A stretch of DNA of 64,000 nucleotides. Source: an uncultured bacterium (GTDB lineage Bacteria; Myxococcota_A; Polyangia; Polyangiales; Houyiibacteriaceae). Below are positions 42,441 to 53,272 of the stretch, in pieces. Within the stretch, counting starts at the first letter, position 1; each line of letters begins with the position of its first letter. The DNA lies in assembly GCA_938024995.1 (NCBI GenBank), contig CALJDU010000038.1:43509-107508 (forward strand). Direction: 5' to 3'. The notes below the pieces were generated by a model. The model did not search any database, had not been told where the DNA came from, and worked only from the letters and a program-made list of their open reading frames with translations. The position numbers and the translations under genes were made by a program.

Positions 42441-44800
42441 GGTGGCGCTGCAGATCCGAACTGCTCCATCAGGAACGTGGTCGGGTCCGCGACATCGGGG
42501 GGCCGCGCTTGCTCGGTCGGCTCCGTTCCGTCCAGGAAGTACTCCTCGATCGCCCCTTCGAGCCCTTCGTACGCCAAGAGCCCGCTCTCCGGATCGATGC
42601 GCGCCGTCACGACTCCGCTGGGGACCGGGAAATCGACGATGGGGGATTCCCCGACCGCGGCTTTCACCATATCGATCCAAATCGGGAGCGCGGAGCGTCC
42701 ACCGCTCTCTCTTCTCCCGAGCGGTCGACGATCATCGAAACCAACCCACACCCCTGCGACCACGTTGGGCGTGTAGCCAACGAACCAGGCGTCGCGCGCG
42801 TCGTTGCTGGTGCCCGTCTTGCCCGCCGCCGGTCGCCCTCCAAGGGCCCGTCCGGCGCGCCTCGCGGTGCCGCTCCGGACGACGCTGCGCAACAAGCTCG
42901 TGATCATGAACGCCTCGGCCGGCGTCATCACGTCACGTGGCGGATCCGGCGCGGGGAGCTCGACGTCTCCGTCCGGCCCTTCGATTCGCGTGATCAAGCG
43001 AGGCGCCGCCCAGCGTCCCCCCGCGGCAAAGGTCGCGTAGGCGTTGACCATCTCGATCGGTCGCACGCCGCTGGAGCCGAGCGCGAGCGAGAGCGTGGCC
43101 TCGAGCTCGCTCTCGATCCCGAGCTGATGCGCAAAGGTCACGACGTGCTCCGGACCGACGTCATCCATGACGCGGATCGCGACCAGGTTGACCGAGTTGG
43201 CGAGCGCCTCCCGAATGCGAATCGGACCGCGGTGTCGCCAGGTCTCGTAGTTGTTCGGGTTCCACTCGTCGTAAACGGCGGGCGCATCGATCACGAGCGT
43301 GGCGGGCGTGAACTCGCGGGTCCGGATCCCGACCCCGTACACCAGCGGCTTGAAAGTGCTCCCGGGCTGACGCACCGCTTGGGTCACGCGGTTGAAGCCG
43401 GAGGTCCGCGCGTAGCCACCGATCATCGCGAGGATGTCGCGGGTCCGCGGATCGATCACGAGCGCGGCGCCCTGCGGACCGAGCTCGATCTGCGCCTCTG
43501 CCTTCTCGCCGTCCCCGTCCACGCGCAAGATGGAGGCGCGCACCTTCGCGCCGTTGAACGCCGCGTCTCGCGCCGACAAGCCGTTGGGGTTGTGCCGCGC
43601 GAGCGATCGAAGATCGACGATCGCCTCGTGTCCGCCCACGTCGAGCGAGATGGTCGCGTCGGTGTTGCTGGTGCCGACGACCACCGCGTCATAGGTACCG
43701 CCGACCCGGAGCCGGTCGACGTCATCGATGGTAGGGGCGCGACGCGCACGCGTGATGGGGACCTGAAAGTTCTGACGATCATCGAGCGCGCGAAGACCGC
43801 TCTGCACCGCCTCGCGCGCGGCGTTTTGGAGCTCAAGGTCGAGCGTGGTGTGAACCGTAAACCCGCCCCGCTGGAACGCCTCTTCGCCGACTTCTTCACG
43901 GAGCCGGCGACGCGCGATGGTCATGACCTCGGGCGCGTTCTGATGCCGCGCGCTGCGATCGGTCAGGAGGACGTTGGTGTCCCGCGCTTCTTCGATCTCG
44001 CTTGCGAGAAGATCCGGCCAGCGCTCCTCACGCTTCGCCTCGAGCTGACGCAGGACGAACGACTGGCGACGCGCGGCCGCTTCGGGATGCGAACGCGGAG
44101 AGAGACGCGCGGGCGCCTGCGGGACGCCAGCGATCAGCGACGACTCGGCCAGCGACAGCTCCTCGGCGTCTTTGCCAAAGTAGTAGCGCGCCGCTTCTTG
44201 AACGCCGTAGCGCGCGTGGCCGAAGTTGATGTGGTTAATGTAGAGATGCAGGATCTCATCTTTGCTCAGCTCGTTCTCGAGACGACGCGCCAAGATCAGC
44301 TCGCGAACCTTTCGGCGGATGGTCCGCTCGGGCGTCAGCAACATGAGCTTCACGACCTGCTGCGTAATCGTCGACGCGCCCTGCGCCTTCCGGCCTTGGA
44401 TGATGTCGAACACCACCGCGCGCGCGATGCCGGGATAATCGAGGCCCTTGTGCTGATAGAAGTCGGCGTCCTCCGCCGCGAGTACGGAGAGAACAAAGTT
44501 ACGCGGGACGCGCGCCATCGGGATGACGGTTCGCCGCTCCGAAAAAATTTCGCCGAGCGTCTGGCCGTTGCGGTCCACCACGCGCGTCGTCTGAGGCGGC
44601 TCGTAGTGATGAAGCGTCGAGACCTCGGGGAGATCTTGGCCGTAGTACCAAAACATGCCCATCAACCCGAGGAGACCGAGCAGACCCAGGAGGAACGCGA
44701 GCTGGAGCAAACGCCACAGCCAGCGCGTGAGTCCGCCGCGCTTGCGGGGCTTGCGTACCTTCCCGAGTGACTTGCGGGCTTTGAGGGTTTTTCGGGCCAT
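42437..44800 (-). CDS. mrcA: Penicillin-binding protein 1A (transglycosylase/transpeptidase)
   Basis: AAEDADFYQHKG, GASTITQQ, RKVRE, QPGSTFKP (SxxK), SVN, GKTGT. Confidence 0.95.
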   Translation of the reverse strand: MARKTLKARKSLGKVRKPRKRGGLTRWLWRLLQLAFLLGLLGLLGLMGMFWYYGQDLPEVSTLHHYEPPQTTRVVDRNGQTLGEIFSERRTVIPMARVPRNFVLSVLAAEDADFYQHKGLDYPGIARAVVFDIIQGRKAQGASTITQQVVKLMLLTPERTIRRKVRELILARRLENELSKDEILHLYINHINFGHARYGVQEAARYYFGKDAEELSLAESSLIAGVPQAPARLSPRSHPEAAARRQSFVLRQLEAKREERWPDLLASEIEEARDTNVLLTDRSARHQNAPEVMTIARRRLREEVGEEAFQRGGFTVHTTLDLELQNAAREAVQSGLRALDDRQNFQVPITRARRAPTIDDVDRLRVGGTYDAVVVGTSNTDATISLDVGGHEAIVDLRSLARHNPNGLSARDAAFNGAKVRASILRVDGDGEKAEAQIELGPQGAALVIDPRTRDILAMIGGYARTSGFNRVTQAVRQPGSTFKPLVYGVGIRTREFTPATLVIDAPAVYDEWNPNNYETWRHRGPIRIREALANSVNLVAIRVMDDVGPEHVVTFAHQLGIESELEATLSLALGSSGVRPIEMVNAYATFAAGGRWAAPRLITRIEGPDGDVELPAPDPPRDVMTPAEAFMITSLLRSVVRSGTARRAGRALGGRPAAGKTGTSNDARDAWFVGYTPNVVAGVWVGFDDRRPLGRRESGGRSALPIWIDMVKAAVGESPIVDFPVPSGVVTARIDPESGLLAYEGLEGAIEEYFLDGTEPTEQARPPDVADPTTFLMEQFGSAAPP

Positions 44801-44976
44801 CAGCTGGGTACCGACGACGAACGCAAATGCGGGGCCGTCCTGGAGCGCTGGATTCTATAGAGAAATCGGAGCAGCGGGCACGCGATGTGTCCGTTTTGAC
44901 CCGCTGCTGTGTCAGGGCGGCCCGTTCATGGTCTTCGGCTCACGGATCCCCATCACGAACGCGATCGATTGGCGTC

Positions 44977-45669
44977 TCAAGCGGTCGTGACTTGATCGCG
45001 GAGGATTTGGTCGGCGTTGCGGACCGTCGCCATCAAGTAGCGCGCGGCGAGCACTTCGCGCTCTTCGGCCGAGAGGTTTCCGCGCCGCCCTTGGGTCGCG
45101 CAGAAGAGCGTGATCGCGGCCGCCACGCTGACGTTCAAAGACTCCACGAAACCCACCATAGGAACCGCGAACACTCCGTCAGCGAAATCGCGCATCGTCT
45201 TTGACGGGCCGCGATGCTCGTTCCCGAAGACGATCGCGGGACGCGGGACATCCGCGAGATCGGACGGACTGAGATCGCCATCCATCGACGCCACGATGAT
45301 CTGGCGCCCTTCCTTCTTAAGCGCTTCCGCGCATTCTTCTGCGCTCTCGTGCGCGACGACGTCGAGCCAGCGATGGGTCCCGCGCGAGATCTTGTGCGTC
45401 ACCTGAAAACCCCAGGAGCCAGGCACCGCGTGGACCTGTTGCACACCAAAGGCATCACAGCTTCGAAGCACGGCCGAGGTGTTGTGCGGATCGCTCACGT
45501 CTTCCAAGACCGGAACCACGTCGAAGGTCCTCGACTCAGCGACTTGTCGGATCCGCGAGAGTCGCTTCTCTGTGCAAAAAGGAGCGAGCGCGGCGAACAC
45601 CTCGCGGGGACTCGCAGGGAGCACGGGGGGACCCGAGATCCGGATCAATGACGGGTCGGTGCGGCGCAC
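44977..45669 (-). CDS. trmH: TrmH/SpoU family RNA 2'-O-methyltransferase
   Basis: DPHNTSAVLRSCDAFG, FGNEHRG, PMVGFVESLNVSVA; start uncertain. Confidence 0.88.
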   Translation of the reverse strand: MRRTDPSLIRISGPPVLPASPREVFAALAPFCTEKRLSRIRQVAESRTFDVVPVLEDVSDPHNTSAVLRSCDAFGVQQVHAVPGSWGFQVTHKISRGTHRWLDVVAHESAEECAEALKKEGRQIIVASMDGDLSPSDLADVPRPAIVFGNEHRGPSKTMRDFADGVFAVPMVGFVESLNVSVAAAITLFCATQGRRGNLSAEEREVLAARYLMATVRNADQILRDQVTTA

Positions 45670-45970
45670 GGGAGCGGTGTAGCAGTCCCGCCCACGAGCC
45701 GGCGAGGCGAAGTTCAACTGGGACGTCTATTCGGAGTGGAGCCTCCTTCGCTCGATCGTTCACGGGCCGCTACCTCCGCTTCGTGGCCAGATGCATAACA
45801 ACCTGCTGCTCCCGATCGCACAGGCGTTTGGCGTGGAGACCTCGAGCTTCGGGAGCTACAGCTCCGGTCCGCTCACGCGCGTGTTGGCGTAAACTCTTGC
45901 TCAAGCTTTCGGCCGACCGGCCGGTTACCGCGGGTTTGCTCTCTCTGAGTGATCGCGGTACGCCATCGAC

Positions 45971-47023
45971 GTGCTTCGTTACCGCGCTGACATCCGAACG
46001 CTCTCCTTCAACGGCCTCTACTTCTCGCTGCTCGCGCTGGCGTTTGTGCTGCGGCCGCTCGACGCGAGCACGGTGGACCTCTCGCGCTTCGTCGCTGGCG
46101 CGCCCGAGGTAAACAGCTGGCTCATCGGATCGATCCTGTTCGCGATGATCTGCTTGACCGCTTTTCAAGGCGCCATCTCGACGCACAACTCGGTTCACGC
46201 GCCGATGTTCAAGCGGCGCTGGATGAACAAGATCTATCAGTGCGTGCTCACGATGACGTACGGCCACCCCGTCAGCAGCTACGTCCCGGGCCACAACCTC
46301 AGCCACCACAAGCACACGCAGACGCGACGCGACGTCATGCGGACGTCAAAGGCGCGGTTCCGCTGGAACTTCCTCAACCTCGTGTTCTTCCTCGCGAGCA
46401 TCGCCCCGTCGATCATGCGGGCAGACTCAACCTACGCGGCGCGAATGCGGACGCGTCACCCGCGCTGGTTCAAGCAGCTGGTCGCTGAGTTCGTCGCCCT
46501 GTGGGTCGTTCAGATCGCGCTCTTCGTCTTGGACTGGCGCCTCGCCCTGGTCTTCTGGCTCATCCCGCACCTCTACGCGCAGTGGGGCATCGTGACGATG
46601 AACCTCCTGCAGCACGACGGCTGCGACGAGACAAGCGAGTACAACCACTCTCGGAACTTCGTCGGCAAGCTCGTGAACTGGGTGACGTTGAACAACGGCT
46701 ACCACACGATCCATCACGTCACGCCTGGCCTTCACTGGAGCCTGCTCCCGGCCGCGCATGCGGAGAAGATCGCGCCGCACATTCACCCCAACCTCGACCA
46801 GCCTTCGCTCCTGCTCTACGTCCTCAAGGCCTTCGTCTTTGGGCAGCGCAAGGACTACCTCGGCAACCTCTTGGTCCTGCCGGAAGAGGGCCCCGACGAG
46901 GAGTGGATCCCGGACCCGCGCACGACGCTCGCGGACCTCGGCGCCGAGTCCATGGACAGCGAAACGGGTGGCCTCGCGTCCTACGTTGCGCACCGTCCCG
47001 CCTCGACTCAGCCCGCTCCCTGA
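45971..47023 (+). CDS. Membrane fatty-acid desaturase family protein
   Basis: His boxes HNSVH, HNLSHH, QH, HTIHH; TM helices. Confidence 0.88.
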   Translation: MLRYRADIRTLSFNGLYFSLLALAFVLRPLDASTVDLSRFVAGAPEVNSWLIGSILFAMICLTAFQGAISTHNSVHAPMFKRRWMNKIYQCVLTMTYGHPVSSYVPGHNLSHHKHTQTRRDVMRTSKARFRWNFLNLVFFLASIAPSIMRADSTYAARMRTRHPRWFKQLVAEFVALWVVQIALFVLDWRLALVFWLIPHLYAQWGIVTMNLLQHDGCDETSEYNHSRNFVGKLVNWVTLNNGYHTIHHVTPGLHWSLLPAAHAEKIAPHIHPNLDQPSLLLYVLKAFVFGQRKDYLGNLLVLPEEGPDEEWIPDPRTTLADLGAESMDSETGGLASYVAHRPASTQPAP

Positions 47024-47059
47024 GCGAGCGCACTCACCGCCCTCGCGAGAGCAGCAAAG

Positions 47060-49645
47060 TCAGCTTGGGCGCATCCGCTTTAGCTCGACCCGCACGCGAC
47101 CCAGCTCGATCTCCATGTCGTTCCAGCGGCGGAGCAGCTCGGCTTGCTCGAGGTCTTCCGTCTTGCGCTCGATGCGCGCGAGCATCGACGCCAGTCGCTC
47201 GATCCCGAGGTTCGCGGCGCCGCCCTTAAGCGCGTGCGCCACAAAGGAAATGCGCTCGTGGTCGCTCGACTCGATCGCTTCATGGAGCGTCCGCAGCTGA
47301 GACTTGGCTTGCGCGAGGAAGCCGTCAAAGAGCTCCCCGATGAGCTCCGGCTTCCCGGTCTCGATCGCGAACGCGCGGAGATCCTCAAGACGCTTGGGAT
47401 CAATGGTCCGAGCGCGCGGTGTGATGCTGGGCGGCCGGCTGTTGATCGGCCTTGGCTTCCCCTCGCCGAGCCAGTCCTCAAGCGCGTGCCGCAGCTCGGA
47501 CTCGTCCACCGGCTTGCTGATGAAGTCGTTCATGCCCGCTGCCTGACACTTCTCGCGGACCTCATCGGCGGCGTGCGCGGTCATCGCGATCACGATCGGA
47601 CCGTCGTCTCCGAGCCGCTCGCGGATCCGGCGGGTCGCCTCGTACCCATCCATGACGGGCATCTGACAGTCCATGAAGATCAAGTTGTAGTGCGTCCGCG
47701 CCATCGCCTCGAGCGCCTCTTCGCCGTTCATGACGCCGTCGACCGAGAAGCCCATTCGCTCGACGAGCGCGATCGCGAGCTTGAGGTTGATCGCGTTGTC
47801 CTCCACGACGAGCAAGCGGACGTCCTTACGCCGCCGCACGAGCGGAGCGGTCGTAGTGGTCTGTCGCCGCGGTCGGACCGCGCGGACCTTCATCGAAGAG
47901 AGCGCCATGAGACAGTCGAAGAGCTGCGTATCTCGAATCGGACGCGACAGCGCGACCGCGGCGCCGGCCTCGTCGAGCTGCGCCGCGCGCATCTCCCGAC
48001 CCACGGGAATGAACACGACGGTTGGGGGGCGACCTGTCGTCGGATCCGCTTGGATCTGACGCGAGGTCTCAAGCCCGCCGTTCTCACCGCCGAAGTCGAT
48101 GTCGACCAAGACCGCTTCCACGGGGTTCCCCTCGGACACGCGCCGACGCAGATGCGTGAGCAACGCGCCCCGCTTCCCAAAACTCGCGGGCGTGGCGCGC
48201 CACTGTTCGAGACGCTCGGCGAGCGCGTGCCGTCGGTCATCGCTGGCGTCACCGATCACGACGTGCATGCCGCGGATCTCTGCGCGCATCCGGCGCTGCT
48301 CCGTCTCCGCGCTGACCCGGCCGAACTGCGCGCCGAACGCCAGGATGGACCCAACCCCGACCCGGCTCTCGACCGAGAGCTCTCCGCCCATGCGCTCGAC
48401 GAGCTGTCGTGAAATCGCGAGGCCGAGCCCGGTCCCGCCGAAGCGCCGCGTCGTCGAACCGTCCGCTTGAACGAACGGCTCAAAGATCCGGTCGAGCACC
48501 TCTTCTTCGATCCCGATGCCGGAGTCTTCGACCTCGAAGCGCAGCATGCACCGATCGCCGAGGTCCTCGGCGAGATCCACCCGCACGACGACGCTCCCCT
48601 TGTTGGTGAACTTGATCGCGTTGCTCACAAGGTTGGTCAGCACCTGGCGCAGGCGGCCGGGATCTCCGCGAACCTCGACCGGTACGTTCCGCGGGATCAG
48701 AGCGGTCAACTCGAGCTTCTTCTTTTCCGCCTCAAGCGCGAGGAGCTCCAAGACGTCGTCGACCGTCGAGCGCACGTCAAAGACGATCTCCTCAAAGACC
48801 AGCTTCCCAGCTTCCATCTTCGAGAAGTCGAGGATGTCGTTGACGATGTCGAGCAACGTGGTCGCGCTCCGGCGCGCGGTCTGCGCATACTCGCGCTCCA
48901 CGTCGCCCAGCTCCCGGTCGAGCAAGAGCCCGAGCATCCCGAGCACCCCGTTGAGCGGCGTCCGGATCTCGTGACTCATGTTCGCGAGGAACGCCGACTT
49001 CATGCGGTTGGACGCGAGCGCCTCGTCTCGCGCGGTCGCGAGCTGCTCTTCCATCACCTTTCGCGCGGTGATGTCTTTGACGAGGAACACGAGTCGTCGA
49101 TCGGTTCGCGACCGCGCGTGAAGCGCGCTCCCGGAGAGCGCGACGGTCACGCTGCCTGACGCGGTCAATAGCGTCGCCTCGACATCGCCGCGCTGTCCGT
49201 ATTGAACCTCTTTACGGATCGTGTCCCACTCCTCGATGAGGCTCGCCATGTCCCCGCCGACCAGCTCCCCGCGTTCCCGCTGCGCGAGCTCGTGGGCCGC
49301 GAGGTTGGCGCGCGCGATCCGTCCATCCGAAGAGACCACGATAAGGCCGTCCGGGAGCGACTCGATCACGTCATCGAAGAGGTCCTGCGCGATCACGTTC
49401 CCGATGCGCGCTTCGAGCTGAGCGACCCCATCCGCGACGCTCTCGATCGCCGACAGATCCGGATCCACCGTCGTCATGCCGCCGGTCGCGATCGCTCCCA
49501 GCTTGCTCGCGATCGCGCGGAGGGCCCACGCCTCTTCGCGCCTCTGATTCGCGATGCGATCATGGATCGCCTGCGCTTCCCGGAGGTCGGCCGTGCCGCT
49601 TTGGGCGCTCGCGAGCCACTTCGCGAGTTCCTTGAGAGGATCCAC
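47060..49645 (-). CDS. Cytoplasmic hybrid histidine kinase (PAS-HisKA-HATPase-pseudoREC-REC-Hpt)
   Basis: SHEIRTPLN, NAIKFT, GGTGLGL, MDCQMP, KP, HALKG. Confidence 0.95.
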   Translation of the reverse strand: MDPLKELAKWLASAQSGTADLREAQAIHDRIANQRREEAWALRAIASKLGAIATGGMTTVDPDLSAIESVADGVAQLEARIGNVIAQDLFDDVIESLPDGLIVVSSDGRIARANLAAHELAQRERGELVGGDMASLIEEWDTIRKEVQYGQRGDVEATLLTASGSVTVALSGSALHARSRTDRRLVFLVKDITARKVMEEQLATARDEALASNRMKSAFLANMSHEIRTPLNGVLGMLGLLLDRELGDVEREYAQTARRSATTLLDIVNDILDFSKMEAGKLVFEEIVFDVRSTVDDVLELLALEAEKKKLELTALIPRNVPVEVRGDPGRLRQVLTNLVSNAIKFTNKGSVVVRVDLAEDLGDRCMLRFEVEDSGIGIEEEVLDRIFEPFVQADGSTTRRFGGTGLGLAISRQLVERMGGELSVESRVGVGSILAFGAQFGRVSAETEQRRMRAEIRGMHVVIGDASDDRRHALAERLEQWRATPASFGKRGALLTHLRRRVSEGNPVEAVLVDIDFGGENGGLETSRQIQADPTTGRPPTVVFIPVGREMRAAQLDEAGAAVALSRPIRDTQLFDCLMALSSMKVRAVRPRRQTTTTAPLVRRRKDVRLLVVEDNAINLKLAIALVERMGFSVDGVMNGEEALEAMARTHYNLIFMDCQMPVMDGYEATRRIRERLGDDGPIVIAMTAHAADEVREKCQAAGMNDFISKPVDESELRHALEDWLGEGKPRPINSRPPSITPRARTIDPKRLEDLRAFAIETGKPELIGELFDGFLAQAKSQLRTLHEAIESSDHERISFVAHALKGGAANLGIERLASMLARIERKTEDLEQAELLRRWNDMEIELGRVRVELKRMRPS

Positions 49646-49727
49646 GTCGGCAGCATAACGAAATTGAACAGGACCGCACGGATAGTGACGGCGTATCTGA
49701 TAGCCTCGCTCCGAACGGAGGTGCGCG

Positions 49728-51287
49728 ATTCAGATCGGAGTTCTCAAGGAAACCCGTTCGGGGGAGCATCGGGTCGCGGTCGTCCCCGACACCATCCCAA
49801 AGCTCACCAAGCTTGGGTTCGAAGTCGTCGTCGAGGCGAACGCCGGTGAAGCGTCAGGGTTCGCGAACGCGGACTTCGAAGCCGCCGGAGCGACGATCGG
49901 GGACCCCTACACCTGTTCGCTGATTCTCAAGGTCGTTGATCCCTCGACCGACGAGATCAACAAGATGAGTGAGGGCGCGACGCTCATCTCCATGCTGGAG
50001 GGAGACGAAGCCCAGCGCGCCGCGCTCGCTGAGCGGAAGATCAACGCCATCTCGCTGCAACGTATCCCGCGGATCACCCGCGCGCAGAAGATGGACGTGC
50101 TCTCGAGCATGGCGAACATCGCGGGTTACCAAGCGGTCGTCGAAGCCGCCGCCGTCTACCAGGGCTTCTTCGGCGGACAGGTAACGGCCGCCGGGTCCAC
50201 CCGTCCTGCAAAGGTGCTGATCATCGGAGCGGGCGTCGCTGGTCTCGCCGCGATCGGCGCCGCGCGTTCCCTCGGCGCGGAGGTCCGCGCGTTCGATGTG
50301 CGCCCCGCGACCAAGGAACAAGTCGAGAGCATGGGCGCGACGTTCCTCATGCTCGAGTTCGACGAGAGCGGCGAAGGCGAAGGCGGCTACGCGAAGATCA
50401 TGAGCGACGAGTTCATCGACGCGGAGATGGCGCTCTTCCGCGAACAAGCGGATGAGGTCGACATCATCATTACGACCGCGCTGATCCCCGGCCGCCCCGC
50501 GCCGAAGTTGATCCTCGAGGACATGGTCGACCGAATGAAGACCGGCTCGGTGATCGTGGACCTCGCATCGTCACGCGGCGGCAACTGCGAGCTCACCGTT
50601 CCGGGCGAAGCGGTCGTAGCGCGCGGGGTGCACATCCTCGGCTTCACCGATCTCCCGAGCCGAAAGGCGGCGACCGCGAGCAAGTTCTTCGGCGGAAACA
50701 TCGCGCACCTGCTCGATGACATGATGAGCGACGGCGAATTCGTGTTCGACCTGGAAGATGAGGTGGTCCGCGCCGCGACGATCGTATTCGAAGGCGAACC
50801 GCTCGCGCCTCCGCCCCGTAAACCGAAGCCCGCACCGAAGCCGGTCGAGACCCGCAGCGCGGTCGATCCGCCCGCGGCGATCAAGCGCGAGAAGAAGCGC
50901 TCTCATGGGCACGGGCAACCCGCCGAACCGCCGAGCGCGATGAAGACCGTGACGGTCGGAGCGGTCCTGATCGCGCTGACCGCGCTCCTCGGCACCTACG
51001 CCCCCGCTGAGTTCGTGCAGCACTTCACCGTCTTCGTCCTCGCCTGCTTCATCGGTTGGCAGGTCGTCTGGTCTGTGACCGCGGCGCTTCACACTCCGCT
51101 CATGAGCGTCACCAACGCGATCAGCGGGATCATCATCGTGGGCGGCATGCTGCAGGCCGGGAGCGGGAGCACTGGCTTGGCCGCGATCCTCGGCGCGGTC
51201 GCGATCTTGTTCGCGAGCATCAACATCGCCGGAGGCTTCCTCGTGACCCAACGGATGCTCAAGATGTTCCAGCGAGGTCCGTCATGA
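49728..51287 (+). CDS. pntA: NAD(P) transhydrogenase alpha subunit; apparent ATT start
   Basis: Frame extends 79 codons upstream of the track's ATG 49965 as (I/M)QIGVLKE...RVAVVP; [33 protein letters not shown]. Confidence 0.93.
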   Translation: MQIGVLKETRSGEHRVAVVPDTIPKLTKLGFEVVVEANAGEASGFANADFEAAGATIGDPYTCSLILKVVDPSTDEINKMSEGATLISMLEGDEAQRAALAERKINAISLQRIPRITRAQKMDVLSSMANIAGYQAVVEAAAVYQGFFGGQVTAAGSTRPAKVLIIGAGVAGLAAIGAARSLGAEVRAFDVRPATKEQVESMGATFLMLEFDESGEGEGGYAKIMSDEFIDAEMALFREQADEVDIIITTALIPGRPAPKLILEDMVDRMKTGSVIVDLASSRGGNCELTVPGEAVVARGVHILGFTDLPSRKAATASKFFGGNIAHLLDDMMSDGEFVFDLEDEVVRAATIVFEGEPLAPPPRKPKPAPKPVETRSAVDPPAAIKREKKRSHGHGQPAEPPSAMKTVTVGAVLIALTALLGTYAPAEFVQHFTVFVLACFIGWQVVWSVTAALHTPLMSVTNAISGIIIVGGMLQAGSGSTGLAAILGAVAILFASINIAGGFLVTQRMLKMFQRGPS

Positions 51288-52684
51288 GCGAGACCCAGCT
51301 CACCGTTGCGTACCTCACCGCGGGCGTGCTCTTCGTCCTCAGCCTCGGTGGGCTCTCGCGACAAGAGACCGCGGGCCGCGGGAACATCTTCGGCATCCTC
51401 GGGATGGTGATCGCGATCGTCGCGACCGCGCTCCATCCGCGCGTCGCCGACTTCAAGTGGATCGCAGGAGCGGTCCTGATCGGCGGAACGGTCGGCGCGG
51501 TTCTCGCGAAGCGCGTCGTGATGACCGCGATGCCGCAGCTGGTCGCGCTGCTCCACAGCTTCGTCGGGCTCGCCGCGGTCTTGGTGGGGCTGTCGACCTA
51601 CGCCGATCCGGCGGAAGAGCTCTCCGGCGTCGCGCACACCATTCACTTGATCGAGGTCTGGATCGGGGTCGGCGTCGGGGCCATCACCTTCACCGGCTCG
51701 GTCATCGCGTGGGCCAAGCTCCGCGGGAGCATGAGCGGGAAGCCGCTCTTGCTACCCGGGCGACACTTGATCAACCTCGTGTTGGTCGGGGCGACGGTCT
51801 ACCTCGCGATCCCGTTCATCGGCGCGGAGACGGTCGACGAGGGCTTGCGCTTCGCGCTTATCATGACCGCGATCACCGCGGTCCTCGGCGCCCACTTGGT
51901 GATGGCGATCGGCGGCGCGGACATGCCCGTCGTGGTCAGCCTCCTCAACAGTTACTCGGGCTGGGCCGCGGCGGCGATGGGCTTTGTCCTGAGCAACGAT
52001 CTCTTGATCACGACCGGCGCGCTCGTCGGAGCGAGCGGCGCGATCTTGTCGATCATCATGTGCCGCGCGATGAACCGCTCCATCCTGAACGTCGTCTTCG
52101 GTGGGTTCGGCACCGCCGATCAGAAAAAGAGCAGCGGCGGTCCGGAGCGGAGCGCTGACGACGTCTCGGAGACCAACGCCAGCGATCTCGTCGTCGCCCT
52201 CAAGGGAGCACAGAACGTCATCATCGTTCCGGGCTACGGGATGGCGGTCGCCCGCGCTCAGCACCCGGTGAAAGAGATGACCGAGCTGCTCCAGCGCGGT
52301 GGGTGTACCGTACGCTTCGCGATTCACCCTGTCGCTGGGCGCCTCCCTGGACACATGAACGTGCTCTTGGCCGAAGCCGGGGTTCCGTATGACGTCGTCC
52401 GCGAGATGGACGAGATCAACGACGACTTCGACGACACCGACGTGGTCCTCGTGATCGGCGCGAACGACATCGTGAACCCGAGCGCGCAGACCGACGAAGC
52501 GAGCCCGATCTACGGGATGCCGGTTCTCGAGGCGTGGCGCTCCAAGAAGACCGTCGTGTTCAAGCGCGGGATGTCTTCGGGCTACGCGGGGGTCGGCAAC
52601 CCGCTCTTCTTCATGGACAACACCGAGATGCTCTTCGGCGACGCGAAGAAGAGCGTCGACGACCTGATCTCTGAGCTGCGATGA
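51284..52684 (+). CDS. pntB: NAD(P) transhydrogenase beta subunit
   Basis: [49 protein letters not shown]. Confidence 0.97.
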   Translation: MSETQLTVAYLTAGVLFVLSLGGLSRQETAGRGNIFGILGMVIAIVATALHPRVADFKWIAGAVLIGGTVGAVLAKRVVMTAMPQLVALLHSFVGLAAVLVGLSTYADPAEELSGVAHTIHLIEVWIGVGVGAITFTGSVIAWAKLRGSMSGKPLLLPGRHLINLVLVGATVYLAIPFIGAETVDEGLRFALIMTAITAVLGAHLVMAIGGADMPVVVSLLNSYSGWAAAAMGFVLSNDLLITTGALVGASGAILSIIMCRAMNRSILNVVFGGFGTADQKKSSGGPERSADDVSETNASDLVVALKGAQNVIIVPGYGMAVARAQHPVKEMTELLQRGGCTVRFAIHPVAGRLPGHMNVLLAEAGVPYDVVREMDEINDDFDDTDVVLVIGANDIVNPSAQTDEASPIYGMPVLEAWRSKKTVVFKRGMSSGYAGVGNPLFFMDNTEMLFGDAKKSVDDLISELR

Positions 52685-52768
52685 GCACCGCAAACCGCGC
52701 GCGGCGCGAAGCCGGCAGGAAAGCGGTTTGCGCCAAATAGAGAGCGCCCCGAAGTGCCAAGGAGTCTT

Positions 52769-53239
52769 ATGAAGTTCGTCTCGACCGTTCTGCTCTCGCT
52801 CGCGTTCATCGCCGCTTGTGGTCCCAAGAGCCCGCCGCCCGTGCAGGCTCCCTTCAGCGGGACCATGCCGGATCCGACCGACGTCCACATCGTCGGCGAC
52901 CACATCACCATCGATGATCACCTCAACTTTGAGACCGACAGCGACGTAATTCTCGCCAGCAGCGACGAGCTCCTCGATCACATCGCGCAGGCGCTCGCGA
53001 ACCATCCCGAGATCACCCACCTGCAGATCATTGGGCACACCGATGCTGCGGGTGGTCACGAACACAACCAGGACCTCTCGGAACGTCGCGCCGCATCCGT
53101 GGTGCGCGCGCTTCAGGCCCGCGGGGTCACCGCGCGACTCGACGCGGCCGGGGTAGGAGAGCTGGAGCATCTCTGCCAAGAAGACACCGACGAGTGTCAC
53201 GCGACGAACCGGCGCGTGGAGTTCCGAATCGTTCAGTAG
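52769..53239 (+). CDS. OmpA-family peptidoglycan-binding lipoprotein
   Basis: Lipobox IAAC; GHTD, NQDLSERRA, NRRVEF. Confidence 0.92.
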   Translation: MKFVSTVLLSLAFIAACGPKSPPPVQAPFSGTMPDPTDVHIVGDHITIDDHLNFETDSDVILASSDELLDHIAQALANHPEITHLQIIGHTDAAGGHEHNQDLSERRAASVVRALQARGVTARLDAAGVGELEHLCQEDTDECHATNRRVEFRIVQ

Positions 53240-53272
53240 TTCGCGCTCCCTCGCGGTAGGGGGTAGTGGCCC

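Noticed and set aside
42509-44770. 753-aa plus-strand ORF
   Set aside because: Antisense shadow of PBP1A.
45885-45901. Sigma54-like TGGCGTAAACTCTTGCT upstream of the desaturase
   Set aside because: GG-to-GC spacing is 11 nt rather than the required 10.
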